Assembly: GCF_044704955.1 (NCBI RefSeq)
Contig: NC_091995.1
Coordinates: 5,208,001-5,272,000 of the forward strand
Source: Pristiophorus japonicus
Lineage: Eukaryota
DNA length: 64,000 bases
Direction: 5' to 3'
The position numbers and the translations under genes were made by a program. The notes below the pieces were generated by a model, which did not search any database, was not told the DNA's origin, and saw only the letters and a program-made list of their open reading frames with translations. Shown here piece by piece: positions 61,587-64,000 of the stretch (position 1 is its first letter; each line of letters opens with the position of its first letter).

Positions 61587-64000
61587 TGTGGATATCTGAA
61601 CGGAATATATGGAATTAAGGACAGTAAAGTAAACGGGATATATGAAAATGTATAAGCCATGGAAGAATAGCTGGGAGAATGTCAGATTGCAAATAGTGCA
61701 ACATCAGCATAGCTAACAGTCTTTCTCAAGGTTTCAAGTCACTAAATCCTGCCAATAACATCTAATTGTAACATGAAAGAAATCTGCAGAATTGCAAGGT
61801 CTCAGTTAATAGTCACACCACTAGATTGAAACATTTAGAGGCAATGCTTGAGCTTTCATAAAAAACATCTCATATAGATTGACTAATGAGTGGCTGAGTT
61901 AGACTGTCAATCCATTAGTATTTTGTTATCTGATTTCAAAACTGTATAACTGTTGACGCTTTACGATGTAACTTCACCTATCCGTAGGGAGTGTGTACGC
62001 TCTATCCAGAGAGTATATCTTCTGTCTGATAGGTCTTACTGGCCGGTAATAAAGACTGCTTTGTTCAAAGCACAAGAGGTATTCGATTCAGTAATTTTAC
62101 TGAACCAGATTGAGGTAAAAGAATCCAGGAATTAACATTTGGTGTCAGAAGTGGGATCTCAACGGACGACTGACGAAAACTTGCGAATTAAGAGCCAGAC
62201 TAGCCTTGGACGAGACGAGGGGAAAGTGGCCACTGGAGTGAGTATGATTTCAATACTGCTCCAGTTTCCCCCGGTTTCAAAAGTCTGAGGAAAGTGTGGC
62301 CACTCGCTGGTTCTCAGGTAGTGTCTGAACGAGATCCAGGACAATCTGGTGAATACCTTTCAAACTTAGAATAGGGATAGAGAGATAGGGAAATTGCGCG
62401 ATGACGCAAACCAAGCGGCGACTTGGAAAGATAGGTTATAGTTAGAGCTAGATAGGGATAGATGATCAATCATGGATCCAAAAATTAATAGGAAAGAAAA
62501 GAGACTCTTGTGAATGTCTGTTTAAATGAGAAATGCTTCTGTGATTTTTACTGTAAAAAAAAAGCCGGGGAGTTGTGGTTTGTTTTATCTCAAACAGAAT
62601 GAAAGTTTGTTTTAACCCTTCGTAGTGTTGTCCTGTATGTGGGAATTTTAAGAGTGTGAACCTTATTGAATTACGTATATTCGGATGATAAGTTACGGAG
62701 CCAGGAAATGCACAAAGGATAGGTTTGTTAAAAGAAAAAAATTACATGGTCCCGGTGGTTAAAAAAAAAGAAAAACTTGTTGAAAGAAAACATTCAGAGA
62801 AGGCACAGCAAAGCAAATGAGATGGATTCAAAAGGATTCCAAAAAAAAATTATATTAAATAACACGACCTTGAGGCTGGAACAATTGAGATAACGAAAAG
62901 CAGTCCACAGCCTACGTGCCAGACTTCTCTCTAGTTATGAAAAAAAATAACGTACTAAATGTTCTGAGATTTTAAATTATGAGAAAAATTCCACTGCAGT
63001 AAAAAAAAATAAAATCACTCCTGTCCAGTTGGCAGAAAAACTCCATTAAATTAGGGCTTTCATTGACTGATTGAATTTAAACTGCGCAGTAACGCGAAAG
63101 GATAGGGAAATTTGGAGACTGAAAGAAATTAATTGAGGCTCGTAAGACTTTAGAAAATTAGAAAATTAGGCTCACAGGGAATAAAATGGGGATTTAAATA
63201 GAAGATAGGTGTTCAACTCAGGTACGACGTCGACCTTGTATATCACTTGGCCCGTCTAGGCTCTGATTGAATTTTAAAAAAAACCCCCGCAGCAACTCGG
63301 AAGGTAGGGCCGACGCGAACGCGCAGCGGCGCAGACGCACAAACAACGCGAGACGCGCAGCGGCGCGAGCGTCCGGCCGAGAGGAGAAGGGCCGAAACGA
63401 ACGCGCAGGAAAGCGAACGCGCAGTGACGTAGACGCGCAGTACGTAAACGCGCAGTGACGCCAACGCGTAGTGACGTAGAGGCGCAGCAACGCGAATCGC
63501 GAAAGTCAGTGCTAATGTCAGTAAGTCTTTGTAAGTCTTAAGTGTTTAGAGTTTTAAGTAAAGTTTTAAGTATTGAAATCGCGCGGCGACGCGGGTAAGT
63601 GTTAGAAGTCCTTGTTTATCTTTTAAAGTTTTAAGTATCTTAACTCGCGCGGCGACGCGAGCCACGGGTCGACGCGGATTGCGCGGCGACGTGAACTGCG
63701 AGGCGACGTGGTAGTTTAGTATCCTAAATCGCGCGGCGACGCGGGTCAGTGTTAGCATTAGTAAAGTTTGGTTATTTGGAGTTAGTTAAAGTCAGTGTTA
63801 GTTTCTGTAAAGTCTGTGTCTATTTTTAAGTTTGTTTAAATTGCACGACGACACGAACGCGTAGCGACACAGTAATACGAGGAGCAGCGTGAAAATGGGT
63901 AATCAGTTAGATAAAACCACGGATGCGGATAGTCCGCTACAAAAGCTATGTGAGGAATTCCCTGAAAGAGCTGAAGACTTTAGAAAGTTATCAGGAGCCC
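61587..64000 (+). mobile_element. ERV, unit 2 copy (5' LTR 61587-62137, leader, start of gag)
   Basis: Same insertion site and sequence as unit 1. Confidence 0.95.

Larger units (their letters stand above)
38723..64000. repeat. Segmental duplication, copy 2 (runs off the window end)
   Basis: Collinear near-identical copy of 1-25176. Confidence 0.98.

Overview
Eukaryotic genomic DNA from a vertebrate, most likely a cartilaginous fish (inferred from the repeat content). The window holds about 1.65 copies of a ~38.7-38.8 kb tandem segmental duplication (1-25176 recurs at 38723-64000). Each unit contains one intact minus-strand TRIM gene (RING, B-box, coiled-coil, PRY/SPRY; 6 coding exons, 476 aa). 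Its 5' half and promoter lie in a ~3.1 kb spacer between two ~3-3.4 kb inverted repeats, and each repeat arm carries its own B30.2 exon. Each unit also has N-terminal TRIM pseudo-exons, a chimeric Gypsy LTR element and a Harbinger-like element. Unit 1 has a CR1 LINE into which a young, multiply deleted ERV and a Tx1 LINE are nested (unit 2 is cut off inside the ERV), and a CpG-island promoter lies at the unit junction. Main observations: (1) a flip-able 'one N-terminus, two B30.2 cassettes' layout; (2) B30.2 hypervariation with mosaic sharing that groups copies by unit, as expected from gene conversion; (3) an ERV carrying a 2H-phosphoesterase-like domain, a TGA-CTA readthrough context and a decayed second Gag-MA-like ORF in its leader. 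All alignments were done by eye and no database searches were run.
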